Shown in pieces: positions 37,610-46,324 of a stretch of DNA of 64,000 nt. The position numbers and the translations under genes are program-made. The stretch spans positions 248,001 to 312,000 of IMG/VR virus record IMGVR_UViG_3300038424_000251; one strand, written 5' to 3'. The notes below the pieces were generated by a model that worked only from the letters and a program-made list of their open reading frames with translations, made no database searches and was not told where the DNA came from. The stretch's first letter is position 1, and the number at the start of each line of letters is the position of its first letter.

Positions 37610-38002
37610 ATGAATGAAGACAGATTGTTAAAAGAAGTTTTTGGTGGTAAAAAGTGGAAAGACAAATATTTTGTTGAGTGGTGTGATCTTTGTGATACAG
37701 CAATTATTATTTGTCTGGACCCTAATTGTGGTGGTAGTTCCTGTAATGGTCATAGTTGTGAAAAGTGTCATGATGATATTACTGAATTTGACTTATGTAA
37801 GACTAAAGTACAAGATTACCTCTCCAAAGATGAAATTAGAATTTATGAAAAGTCTTTGAGAATAAAGAAACATATTCTTGAAACTCTTGCTAAGGGAGAA
37901 AAAGAAATTAATTGGAAAAAATTACAATCTAATGGTGAATTATCAGCTTGGGAAGAACAACTTTTTAAAGAAGAATTAACAAAAGGAAAACAAAATGAAT
38001 GA
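37610..38002 (+). CDS. Cys-rich hypothetical protein
   Basis: multiple CxxC. Confidence 0.75.
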   Translation: MNEDRLLKEVFGGKKWKDKYFVEWCDLCDTAIIICLDPNCGGSSCNGHSCEKCHDDITEFDLCKTKVQDYLSKDEIRIYEKSLRIKKHILETLAKGEKEINWKKLQSNGELSAWEEQLFKEELTKGKQNE

Positions 38003-38150
38003 GTCACACAAACTTGGTAAATTGAAAAATCGTTTGAATCGTTGTAAGAAACGATTGACGGTAAAAGAATTAACATCAGAGCAAAGACTCAGAATCTCTC
38101 AAAGATTAGCTGAATTGGAAGCTCAATTAAACAAAAAATAACAACAGTAT

Positions 38151-38501
38151 ATGAAAAAAGTAAAATTACAATTCATGGTGGTCCCGGAATTACTTGCCTC
38201 AATGGCATATGTTCCTAAAGCTGTGCGGTGTAAAGTCATAGACCCGGAAGCTATATTTCTGACCGGTATCCTTGGTGAATCTGGTCGAAAATTAGTTAAA
38301 GCTGGAATTGAATTTTACTTCACTGATATTCCAGAACCGGGAGAAAAACTATCATTAGCACAGAAGTTAATTGAGAAAAAAATTGCTGTAGAGGTCAATG
38401 GTTGTAAATGCTCTGATGTTCTAAAAGAACATTTACTGAAAACATTGAATGATTTAAGCAAACAGCAAACAAAAAGGCTTAAAAAAGCCAAGTTAATTTA
38501 A
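38151..38501 (+). CDS. hypothetical protein
   Basis: ORF. Confidence 0.7.
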   Translation: MKKVKLQFMVVPELLASMAYVPKAVRCKVIDPEAIFLTGILGESGRKLVKAGIEFYFTDIPEPGEKLSLAQKLIEKKIAVEVNGCKCSDVLKEHLLKTLNDLSKQQTKRLKKAKLI

Positions 38502-38646
38502 GATACAATAATATGATATCAATTGCCTAATAAACATTCTTGGTGATTGACTCTTTTTAGATGACCACATTCCGAAAGGAATTCCCGAAAGGGATTGCTA
38601 AAAAGACTTTGAAAGATGAATGTGAATTTTCAGAGGTTATTGTATC
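38502..38646 (+). ncRNA. orphan closed-stem RNA with twin GAAA hairpins
   Basis: gatacaataat/gttattgtatc; ttcc-gaaa-ggaa, tccc-gaaa-ggga. Confidence 0.6.
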
Positions 38647-38656
38647 ATGATTTAAT

Positions 38657-38733
38657 TCCAGAGTAGCTCAATCGGTAGATGCGTGCGGCTGTTAACCGCA
38701 AGGTTGTAGGTTCGATGCCTACCTCTGGAGCCA
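38657..38733 (+). tRNA. tRNA-Asn(GTT)
   Basis: tgcgg-ctGTTaa-ccgca. Confidence 0.92.
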
Positions 38734-38741
38734 ATTTTTAT

Positions 38742-38860
38742 GGGCAGGTAACAGAGCGGTTTCATGTCATGAGTTAATGGCGTTGTTGGTTTATTTTTAG
38801 TTACATACTCTAACAACAAAACTCTAAGTTACGTTGGTTCGAATCCAACCCTGCCTGCCA
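38742..38860 (+). ncRNA. tRNA with long insert in the anticodon arm
   Basis: GGGCAGG/CCTGCCT-G-CCA, D and T arms intact. Confidence 0.7.
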
Positions 38861-38865
38861 AATTT

Positions 38866-38997
38866 ATAAAGTAATATGTTTCCGTAAAAACGGAATGAAG
38901 CGATAACGTCAGACGGCCCATGAGTCCCATGAAATCGAAAGAAAGTAAGCAAAAAGTGGGCAACGGTTCGCTAGTAAACTTGACCGTGTTACTTTAT
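38866..38997 (+). ncRNA. orphan closed-stem RNA
   Basis: ataaagtaata/tgttactttat. Confidence 0.55.
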
Positions 38998-39074
38998 CAG
39001 GTGCGTGGTGTATTCGAATAGCATCACAGACTGTGAATCTGTCGGAAAGAGTTCGAACCTCTTCCACCTGACCA
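38998..39074 (+). tRNA. tRNA-His(GTG), atypical
   Basis: acaga-ctGTGaa-tctgt; bulged acceptor. Confidence 0.75.
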
Positions 39075-39078
39075 ATTT

Positions 39079-39140
39079 AAGATACCAACAGCAATTCTAA
39101 TACAATCCGCTAATCAAGCAGACTAAAAAGATGGTATCTT
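39079..39140 (+). ncRNA. CAGCAA-stem RNA copy 5
   Basis: aagatacca-acagcaa...tggtatctt. Confidence 0.75.
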
Positions 39141-39144
39141 GTTT

Positions 39145-39220
39145 GCATCCGTAAGTCAACTGGATAGACTGCTAGCCTTTTAAGCTAGCGGTCTCGGTTC
39201 GAGTCCGAGCGGATGCACCA
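39145..39220 (+). tRNA. tRNA(TTT) with Arg-like body
   Basis: GCATCCG acceptor, ctggata D loop, ctagc-ctTTTaa-gctag. Confidence 0.85.
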
Positions 39221-39251
39221 ATTTTCAAGTTTATTCATATATTTATTAAAT

Positions 39252-40121
39252 GTGATTAAATTAGTCAATATATTGAAAGAAATAGAAAGTAAAGAGCAAC
39301 TTAAAAAACTTGCATATTCTTGGCAAAAACCTGATGGAACTTTTATTCCTGTAAAACGCGAACATGGTTTGGATGCTTTAAAACATGTTGGTGGTGACCC
39401 GAAAGATGATAATGTTGTTATATTGTGGAAAAGAGGATGGCAAAGAATATTTTATTATGGTACTGACCTTAATGTTCATAATGAATTTTATCAACCAAAT
39501 GATAAACAGAAAGTTAGATTAATTGAATTAGCAATACAACTTGGTTTTGAGAAAGTGGAATGGGATGGTGGTGATAAAGGTGATAAAATTCTTTGGTCGG
39601 TTCATGATGTTTTGGAAGAATCTATTCAAAATTTATCCAGAACAAAGCGTTTAATTCCTTTAATAAAACTTGCCAGACAATATAATACATTTGAGAATTT
39701 TTATAACGATTATCAATTTAAAAATTATCATGGAATTTATTGGCATTTAACCAATAATCCAAATTTTCGAATAGACCCCAAGCATTCTCCATCAGACCTT
39801 TCTTCATTGGCTATTGGTGGTTCTGGAGAACCCGGATTAACGCTGAGTACAGATTTGGGCAATTGGTATTCTATTTTTAAGAAATCCAGAAAATATGCTG
39901 CTCAAATAGATTTATCAGATTTAAAACCGAATGTGGATTATAGGGATACTACACGGCAATTCGGTCACGAAATATATGTTTTTAAACCAGAAAAAGTAAG
40001 AGTGGTAAAAGTATATCCTATAAAGAATGCCATGGCCATAAATTTAAGAGACTACAAAAAAGTTTTACCACAATCTATAGATGAATTAAAAAAGTTGTAT
40101 TATTTAGCTAAACAGGGATAG
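39252..40121 (+). CDS. two-domain hypothetical protein, possible ART-like C-terminal domain
   Basis: GTG start IKLVNILKE after TATTTAT; YWHLT..GLTLS..HEIYVF. Confidence 0.65.
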   Translation: MIKLVNILKEIESKEQLKKLAYSWQKPDGTFIPVKREHGLDALKHVGGDPKDDNVVILWKRGWQRIFYYGTDLNVHNEFYQPNDKQKVRLIELAIQLGFEKVEWDGGDKGDKILWSVHDVLEESIQNLSRTKRLIPLIKLARQYNTFENFYNDYQFKNYHGIYWHLTNNPNFRIDPKHSPSDLSSLAIGGSGEPGLTLSTDLGNWYSIFKKSRKYAAQIDLSDLKPNVDYRDTTRQFGHEIYVFKPEKVRVVKVYPIKNAMAINLRDYKKVLPQSIDELKKLYYLAKQG

Positions 40122-40310
40122 ACATTCCTTGGTTATGTTGGTGTAATCCGGTAGCACGCCCGTTTAGGGAGGTTACGTTCAAATCGTAAGTGTTATGATG
40201 AGCTCTTGCTCGAATGGAATCGGCTCGACGGAGCATTAGTGAAATCCCCTGATAGAAATAGAGAGATAGACGAAAATCCGAAGATGGAGGTTCAATTCCT
40301 CCCTGCCCCT
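40114..40310 (+). ncRNA. composite RNA with two T arms
   Basis: D-arm-like ggtgtaatccggtagcac; ttacg-ttcaaat-cgtaa and ggagg-ttcaatt-cctcc. Confidence 0.5.
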
Positions 40311-40417
40311 CTGGGGCGGTGGTGCAAATGGTTAGCATGTTGGACGCCCGGAACGACTGTGAAATCCTCTTTAATTTCTTAATTGACATAAATGCTTTAA
40401 TGGTGTATAATATCAAT

Positions 40418-40699
40418 ATGAAAGTTATATTGCCGGTTAAAGAAATACCTGTTGGTTCTGTTGTAACAAAATTGAATGGGCAAAAGAAATATCAAGTAAG
40501 AGATAGAATTACTATTTATGATGAAGTGAAAAATTCATCAAGAGATATAACATTGGAAATGAATACAAGAGTTTTATGGTCTGTGGATTTGCCTATGTCG
40601 GTCAATATAATTTCAGGAGATACTGAAATGATATGGGATGCAGATTATAATGCTCTTCAATCATATCTTTATGAAAAATATGAATTAGACCAAAAATAA
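40418..40699 (+). CDS. hypothetical protein
   Basis: leaderless after TTGACA 40383 / TATAAT 40406. Confidence 0.75.
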   Translation: MKVILPVKEIPVGSVVTKLNGQKKYQVRDRITIYDEVKNSSRDITLEMNTRVLWSVDLPMSVNIISGDTEMIWDADYNALQSYLYEKYELDQK

Positions 40700-40705
40700 T
40701 ATTAG

Positions 40706-40782
40706 GGGGTGGTAGCTTAGCCGGATAAAGCGTCTGCCTGTCACGCAGAAGACCGGGGGTTCGAGTCCCCTTCATCCCGCCA
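40706..40782 (+). tRNA. tRNA-Asp(GTC)
   Basis: canonical. Confidence 0.93.
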
Positions 40783-40789
40783 ATTTAAT

Positions 40790-40864
40790 TCCCGCATGGT
40801 GTAGTGGTTTGCACGGTGGTCTTTGGAACCATAAGTGACGGCTCGAAACCGTAGGCGGGAGCCA
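40790..40864 (+). tRNA. tRNA-Gln(TTG)
   Basis: gtggt-ctTTGga-accat. Confidence 0.82.
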
Positions 40865-40868
40865 TTTT

Positions 40869-41051
40869 ATGATAAGAATATTAAAAGTAAAATTGTTTTT
40901 GGGTTCGACCTTGGAAGAAATAGAAACAAAAATTTCTGATTGGTTATCCAAAGAAAAAATTTGTGTTGGAAATTATATGGATATTAAATTATCTAAATTG
41001 AGTGATGTTTATCAATTAATTCTTGTTTATGCTGAATTAATACAGGAGTAA
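40869..41051 (+). CDS. small hypothetical protein
   Basis: ORF. Confidence 0.6.
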   Translation: MIRILKVKLFLGSTLEEIETKISDWLSKEKICVGNYMDIKLSKLSDVYQLILVYAELIQE

Positions 41052-41055
41052 AGTT

Positions 41056-41304
41056 ATGATGCAAGTAATAAGATGTGAAACTTGTGGTGGCGATACAATA
41101 CCTTTGGGCGGTATTAGTGTTGATTTAACCCTAAATAAAAGTGAGTTTTGTAATCACTGTTACCGAACTAAAACAGACAAACAAGAACATTTCTTTTGTT
41201 CATTGCTTTGTTTTCATGAATATATGTTGAAGCTTGTTAATGGTGAAACAGAATTGAAATGGAAAGAGAGATTTCCACCCATTGCTATAGAAGTTAAAAC
41301 TTAA
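41056..41304 (+). CDS. Zn-finger protein
   Basis: CETC, CNHC, FCSLLC. Confidence 0.7.
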   Translation: MMQVIRCETCGGDTIPLGGISVDLTLNKSEFCNHCYRTKTDKQEHFFCSLLCFHEYMLKLVNGETELKWKERFPPIAIEVKT

Positions 41305-41309
41305 TTTAT

Positions 41310-41383
41310 TGATGCGTGGTGTAATGTAGCGCCCCTGCCCTTGAAGCAGAAAGGTGTAAGTTCAAGTCTTACCGCATCAGCCA
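41310..41383 (+). tRNA. tRNA-Gln(TTG), C33
   Basis: ctgc-ccTTGaa-gcag. Confidence 0.8.
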
Positions 41384-41567
41384 ATCTACATGAAATACGA
41401 AATACATACAAATATATTGTGGTTAGATGGAGTTCCAGCATTTCTTTTTTTACCTAATGGAGAAAAAGACCCAATGACGCCGACAGGATGGAATTGGTAT
41501 TGTAGTCATAAAGAAGAAATTGATAAATGGATTGAAAAACATTTCAAAAAATTGCCAAAATAATGAT

Positions 41568-41747
41568 ATGTGTGAACAAATTAAAGATAATTTTAACAAA
41601 TTAAAATCACAATTTGTAAAATATCATCCATTTATGGAAATTGTTTCTGCTGAAGATATGATTGGACTAATTGGAAAATCTGAACAATTTGTGATAGAAC
41701 AAATGAATAGATGGAAAATGACATATTATGGATGCTATGAAATTTAA
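41568..41747 (+). CDS. small hypothetical protein
   Basis: ORF. Confidence 0.55.
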   Translation: MCEQIKDNFNKLKSQFVKYHPFMEIVSAEDMIGLIGKSEQFVIEQMNRWKMTYYGCYEI

Positions 41748-41910
41748 GTGTAAATGTCCAAATTGTGGAACATTACGTGACCTTGAAGATTATTTGGTGA
41801 AACTTATACAAAGAAAGTATGTTAAAGGACCAACCAGAATTGGATTAGATTGTTGGTATTGCAATTTTTCATTTTGGGTAGCAGAGAAAGATTTAATAAA
41901 ATCAGTATGA
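41737..41910 (+). CDS. Zn-ribbon protein
   Basis: CPNC..CWYC. Confidence 0.65.
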   Translation: MKFKCKCPNCGTLRDLEDYLVKLIQRKYVKGPTRIGLDCWYCNFSFWVAEKDLIKSV

Positions 41911-42081
41911 TATGAAGTAAAAACCACATGGCCAACATTAAAAGGTAGATTAAGTCAACCATTAACAACGGAAGAAGAAGCATTACTTCAGTTAGAACAA
42001 ATCGGTGGAGTAACTTTTTCAGAAAAGGCCATTAAGAAATTAAAGAAAATTAAAGAACGTCGATGTGATAAATTAAGAAAT

Positions 42082-42155
42082 GCCAGCATGATGTAACGGT
42101 AGCCTGCCAAGCCTGTACCTTGGACGTGAGGGTTCGATTCCTTCTGCTGGCTCCA
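42082..42155 (+). tRNA. tRNA-Thr(TGT), C33
   Basis: ccaag-ccTGTac-cttgg. Confidence 0.85.
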
Positions 42156-42164
42156 AAAAAATTT

Positions 42165-42590
42165 ATGAAAAATATTTTAGTTTTTTGTTTAATGTTTTTA
42201 ACAGCTATATCAATAGCTTGTTCATCTACTCTTACTATATACTATGGTGGTATGCCATCAACCAATATGATAGATAGTATTAAAGTTTATTATGGCTCAC
42301 AATTAAAGTCTTATACAAATTCTATTTCATTTCCAGTAAATACTTTAATATACATTACTAATGCTCCATTTAATGGATATAATCCAATATACTGCCGGGG
42401 TGAATATATGCCTTTTTATACTAAATTGCCAATCTCTGGCTTGATAAGTGGACAACCATTTTATTATAAAATGAGTTATATATGGAAAGGTGGAAGTGAA
42501 GTATTAATGTGGGAATCGATGTGTGCATCTACAGTCCCAACTAATGATGTAGTACTTTTTCCACCAACCAATTTGCGAATAGTTGATTAA
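42165..42590 (+). CDS. secreted FN3-like protein 3
   Basis: YYGSQLKSYTN; PPTNLRIVD. Confidence 0.8.
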   Translation: MKNILVFCLMFLTAISIACSSTLTIYYGGMPSTNMIDSIKVYYGSQLKSYTNSISFPVNTLIYITNAPFNGYNPIYCRGEYMPFYTKLPISGLISGQPFYYKMSYIWKGGSEVLMWESMCASTVPTNDVVLFPPTNLRIVD

Positions 42591-42597
42591 ATAGTTT

Positions 42598-43020
42598 ATG
42601 AAAAAAATATTGATTACTTGTCTAATATGTCTATCAACATTGTTGGTTAATTCAGCAATGGTAACTATTCATTTTATGACGGGATATAGTTTATCGCCCG
42701 TTAACCTTAAAATTTATTATGGTTCACAATTACAGACATATACAAATTATATTATAGCATCTTTAAGTGCTAATAATATTGTTACTACAACTTATGCAGC
42801 CTATGATCAGGTGCAATGCAAAAGCGGAATCTGGAGTGCTCCTCATGTGGATATTCCTATAGATGGTTTGATTTTAGGTCAACAATTTTTTGATGGCATT
42901 ACTTTAATAAATTCTAATAGCGTTGAGTCTCCATTTTTATCTCAAGCGGTTTGCGGATTTACTGTTACTAATAATATAGACCAACCTCTTTCTCCAAATG
43001 GTTTGCGAATATCAAATTAG
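42598..43020 (+). CDS. secreted FN3-like protein 4
   Basis: YYGSQLQTYTN; SPNGLRISN. Confidence 0.8.
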   Translation: MKKILITCLICLSTLLVNSAMVTIHFMTGYSLSPVNLKIYYGSQLQTYTNYIIASLSANNIVTTTYAAYDQVQCKSGIWSAPHVDIPIDGLILGQQFFDGITLINSNSVESPFLSQAVCGFTVTNNIDQPLSPNGLRISN

Positions 43021-43066
43021 TTTGTTGCCATTTTAACTGTTTTTGATATATTTATAGATAGTTTAT

Positions 43067-43158
43067 GGAAGTCAGGTAGATGTTGGTTTGCTGCGCCAGT
43101 CTTGAAAACTGGACCGGAATAAAATCCGGCAGGGGTTCGATTCCCTTGGCTTCCGCCA
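43067..43158 (+). tRNA. tRNA-Ser(TGA)
   Basis: ccagt-ctTGAaa-actgg, long arm. Confidence 0.9.
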
Positions 43159-43162
43159 TTTT

Positions 43163-43254
43163 GGAAGTGTGGCCGAGAGGCTGATGGCGCAAGTTTGCTA
43201 AACTTGTGACCCTCTAACGGGGGTCCGTGGGTTCGAATCCCACCGCTTCCGCCA
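43163..43254 (+). tRNA. tRNA-Ser(GCT)
   Basis: canonical. Confidence 0.93.
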
Positions 43255-43934
43255 ATTTATGAAAAATAAAAAGAAGCAAAAAAAACAGAAGCCGGTGGTA
43301 AAAGAACTTACAGTAAAAGGAACATTAGCTGCTTTTAAAGTGATTGTGGATAATTTTACGCCAGCAGGTTATACGAGGATTTCTTGATTATGAAAAATAT
43401 AAAAAAATTATGGATTGAAAATATCAAAAAAGTGGCTCGTAAAAAATATAAGTTTTTAGAATCGGGTATTAATAATACCGATTGGGATATTTTTTGGGAA
43501 AGTTATGGTATTGATGGACTTTCACCGGAAGAAGCATTGAAAGAAGATTTTTCTAATACTTAATATACGATAGCTTAATTTATTGGAAAAAGAAAGATGG
43601 TAAAATAAATTATCATTAAAAAATGAAAGAAAAATTATGAATATGATATTGACACCAATACTTGGTAGTACTATCTATATAGGAAGTGGAGTAGGTTTGG
43701 TTCTTTTGATAGTGGTTTTAATTTTAGTATTTAGACGTTAAGATATGGTCGCTTAGTTTATTGGTGGAAAAAGTTGCCATCAATTTTATGAATGATAAAA
43801 CAAAAAAATTATCTGAAGATGTAAATGTTGTAAAAAATAATATTTCATTGGATTATTTTGAAAAACTTAGTAAAATTAAAAATTTATTACTAACATATTT
43901 TTACGGAGATATATCCATTTTTGAAGAAAAATAA

Positions 43935-44008
43935 GGTCGCTTAGTTTATTGGTAGAATAAAATCCTCACACGATTAAGAGATAGGTTCGATTCCTGTAGT
44001 GACCACCA
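43935..44008 (+). tRNA. tRNA-Val(CAC)
   Basis: aatc-ctCACac-gatt. Confidence 0.85.
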
Positions 44009-44014
44009 ATTTAT

Positions 44015-44067
44015 GCCAGATAGCCCTGCAGGCAAATTCGTTTCATGAGCGAATTGTTCTGGCACCA
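44015..44067 (+). ncRNA. 53-nt mini-tRNA lacking T arm
   Basis: GCCAGA/TCTGGC-A-CCA; aattcg-tttcatgag-cgaatt. Confidence 0.6.
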
Positions 44068-44074
44068 GTTTAAG

Positions 44075-44218
44075 TTTGTTAGAAAGTAGTGTACAGATAC
44101 GATAAATAAATTGCACAGTTTAGTAGTAGCAACTATAAGGGTCTAATATGTTAAAGTTTTAGACACGAATTAAAACAAGAGATGGTGGAGAATCGGGATT
44201 CCGTCAGTTTCTAACAAA
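44075..44218 (+). ncRNA. orphan closed-stem RNA
   Basis: tttgttagaaa/tttctaacaaa (11 bp). Confidence 0.55.
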
Positions 44219-44227
44219 TAATGATTT

Positions 44228-44326
44228 GAGATACACGCAGCAATAAAACTTTGTCGGGCAACCGACTCCACGTTGTAGAGAACAACATTAAAAGGTTCCT
44301 CAGAAAAGAGTGTAAATCGGTATCTC
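44228..44326 (+). ncRNA. CAGCAA-stem RNA copy 6 (paralog of copy 1)
   Basis: gagatac-ac-gcagcaa...gttgtag..aacaac..ctcagaaaagag..aaatcggtatctc. Confidence 0.75.
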
Positions 44327-44337
44327 GTTAATTTAAT

Positions 44338-44413
44338 CGGAGTGTCGCCTAGTGGCTATGGCGCTTGCTTTGGGAGCAAGATATCGGGCGTTCGAGTCGC
44401 CCCACTCCGACCA
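44338..44413 (+). tRNA. tRNA-Pro(TGG)
   Basis: cttgc-ttTGGga-gcaag. Confidence 0.92.
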
Positions 44414-44455
44414 TTTATTGTATTTAATATGGATGGAGAATAAAACAATTTTAAT

Positions 44456-44535
44456 GTGAGTATGGCACCAGCGGCAACGGCGCTTCCCTTACACGGAAGT
44501 TTTTATCGCAGGTTCGAGTCCTGCTACTCACACCA
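44456..44535 (+). tRNA. tRNA-Val(TAC)
   Basis: cttcc-ctTACac-ggaag. Confidence 0.85.
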
Positions 44536-44540
44536 ATTTT

Positions 44541-44723
44541 ATGAAAAATAGGATGTTAACATTATATAATTTTATTGATGAATTATCAAAAAAGGTTGAA
44601 AATAAAATCAAGAAAAATAAAATGTTAGGAGAAATATTATATTACAAATATGATAATAAACTTCTCATTTATATTTTGATTAGTAGTATAGTGATTTCTG
44701 TTATTTTAACATTTTTGTCATGA
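44541..44723 (+). CDS. small membrane protein
   Basis: C-terminal TM. Confidence 0.55.
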   Translation: MKNRMLTLYNFIDELSKKVENKIKKNKMLGEILYYKYDNKLLIYILISSIVISVILTFLS

Positions 44724-44883
44724 TTACTAAGTTTGAATGTAAAGATAAAAAACGCTTTTCTACAAAGGAACAGGCAAATGAACATATTTATACATTAGTG
44801 ATGGAATCTCTTGGTGGTGTAATTGAACTAAGGCCATATAAATGCAAGCATTGCAAGGGGTACCACTTAACCAGTAAAGTAAA

Positions 44884-45084
44884 ATGAATACTGAAACAGG
44901 ACAATTAATAAATTTTGACGATCTTAAAAAATTACCACTTGAAGAACAAGTAAAATACACCGAAATTAAACGTGATTTGACCAAATTGGAAGAATTTAAC
45001 AAACAAATCAGAATGTATTCCCCGTGCGGTTGTGGAAGTGGTAAAAAATTCAAATTTTGTTGTTACAAAAAACCAGTAAGATAA
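44884..45084 (+). CDS. SEC-C motif protein
   Basis: PCGCGSGKKFKFCC. Confidence 0.85.
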   Translation: MNTETGQLINFDDLKKLPLEEQVKYTEIKRDLTKLEEFNKQIRMYSPCGCGSGKKFKFCCYKKPVR

Positions 45085-45085
45085 A

Positions 45086-45355
45086 ATGATTTATATTTGT
45101 TCACAATGCATAGAACAGCAAAAATTAGGACCTTATACTATTAAGGCTCAAGCAGCAGGTGTTCAATTTAAACAAGGATTGTGTTTGCGTCATTATGTGA
45201 AAGCTGCACTTGATAGAGGTAGAAGTAAAAAGCAAATTGAAATAGGTATAAGGGCAAATGCCTCAACCGGGTTTAAACCACCTGTAGATTTGAAAAAATA
45301 TCCAAGTTTGATTAAACAATATAAACAAGGAATATTTAAAGAACCAGAAGTGTAA
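45086..45355 (+). CDS. hypothetical Zn-binding protein (paralog of 23249)
   Basis: CSQC..GLCLRHY..DLKKYPSL..YKQGIF. Confidence 0.7.
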   Translation: MIYICSQCIEQQKLGPYTIKAQAAGVQFKQGLCLRHYVKAALDRGRSKKQIEIGIRANASTGFKPPVDLKKYPSLIKQYKQGIFKEPEV

Positions 45356-45358
45356 TTT

Positions 45359-45447
45359 GCTACCATGCTGGAATTGGCATACAGACCAGCCTGAGAAGTT
45401 GGGGTCCGTAATTGGACTTGTGGGTTCGAATCCCTCTGGTAGCACCA
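45359..45447 (+). tRNA. tRNA-Leu(GAG)
   Basis: ccagc-ctGAGaa-gttgg, long arm. Confidence 0.9.
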
Positions 45448-45567
45448 ATTTTATATAGTGAATTGTGTCAATAAAATTTTGTTATTGACACGATTTTTGT
45501 TTTAAGGCTTGACATTTTTATGTATTTGATTTATATTTATAGATAAAGAGTTCTTTGAAATTTTTTT

Positions 45568-45847
45568 GTGACATAAGTGACCTTACGCTAACCTAAATGT
45601 GTTAGAGGAAGTTCGCGGCATCACAGCAGATGATTGGGAGAATCAGTAAATGTTGCAACCGAGCCGTAGCCAGAGAAAAACTGGTAGTGAGCCTTGAAAG
45701 GGGTTAATCGGTATGATTCGTTAATACCACAAATTAGATGCAAGTGCAAATAGGGACAAGAGTAGTGCTGCTCGTTATAAAGTCTGGGTAATAGCACGCT
45801 TAGAGAAATGTAAGGATAAAACAGAACCGCGGCTATGTCTGTGTCAT
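45568..45847 (+). ncRNA. rnpB: RNase P RNA (compact, divergent)
   Basis: P1 gtgacata/tgtgtcat, P2 ccttac/gtaagg, P3, GAGGAAGTTCGCGG pairing with ACAGAACCGCGGCT (P4, bulged U), GCAAG..CAAATAGG. Confidence 0.82.
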
Positions 45848-45857
45848 AAATTTTATT

Positions 45858-45933
45858 GGGGTCTTAGCTCAATTGGTAGAGCGTCTCAATGGCATTGAGA
45901 AGGTCAGGGGTTCGAATCCCCTAGGCTCCACCA
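45858..45933 (+). tRNA. tRNA-Ala(GGC)
   Basis: canonical. Confidence 0.95.
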
Positions 45934-45937
45934 GTTT

Positions 45938-46092
45938 TAGATGTGGTAACAGCAATTAAATATTGTTAAAACAAAAAACCCCAAAAGGGAATAAATCCTG
46001 CGAAACAGGTCGTAGCGGTGGCTACGCTAAAAACGCTCAACAGGGGTAAGTTGTAAAAAGAGCTTCGGAGATAACCGTAAATTCCGCATCTA
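45938..46092 (+). ncRNA. CAGCAA-stem RNA copy 7 (largest)
   Basis: tagatgtgg-ta-acagcaa...ccgcatcta; several internal hairpins. Confidence 0.75.
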
Positions 46093-46150
46093 GTATATTC
46101 TTTCTCTTCGTGAGAAAGATGAAGTTTTCCTCTCGGAAGGGAAACTTTAT

Positions 46151-46224
46151 GGGGTCATCGTTCAACGGGAGGACATCTCATTCGCAATGAGAAAATCCGG
46201 GTTCGATTCCCAGTGGCTCCACCA
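46151..46224 (+). tRNA. tRNA-Ala(CGC)
   Basis: tctca-ttCGCaa-tgaga. Confidence 0.9.
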
Positions 46225-46245
46225 ATTTAGAGTATTACAAAATAT

Positions 46246-46319
46246 TGATTACTGATGTAATGGTAGCATGACGCTCTCTGAAAGCGTTCGTCCATGTTCG
46301 AGTCATGGGTAATCAGCCA
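46246..46319 (+). tRNA. tRNA-Gln(CTG)
   Basis: acgct-ctCTGaa-agcgt. Confidence 0.9.
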
Positions 46320-46324
46320 ATTTT

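Noticed and set aside
41908-42096. UGA read-through fusing the Zn-ribbon gene to a WPTLKGRL..PLTTE frame (paralog of the small ORF at 14766)
   Set aside because: A one-base indel after the ATG at 41912 (pseudogene) explains it more simply; no recoding signal seen.
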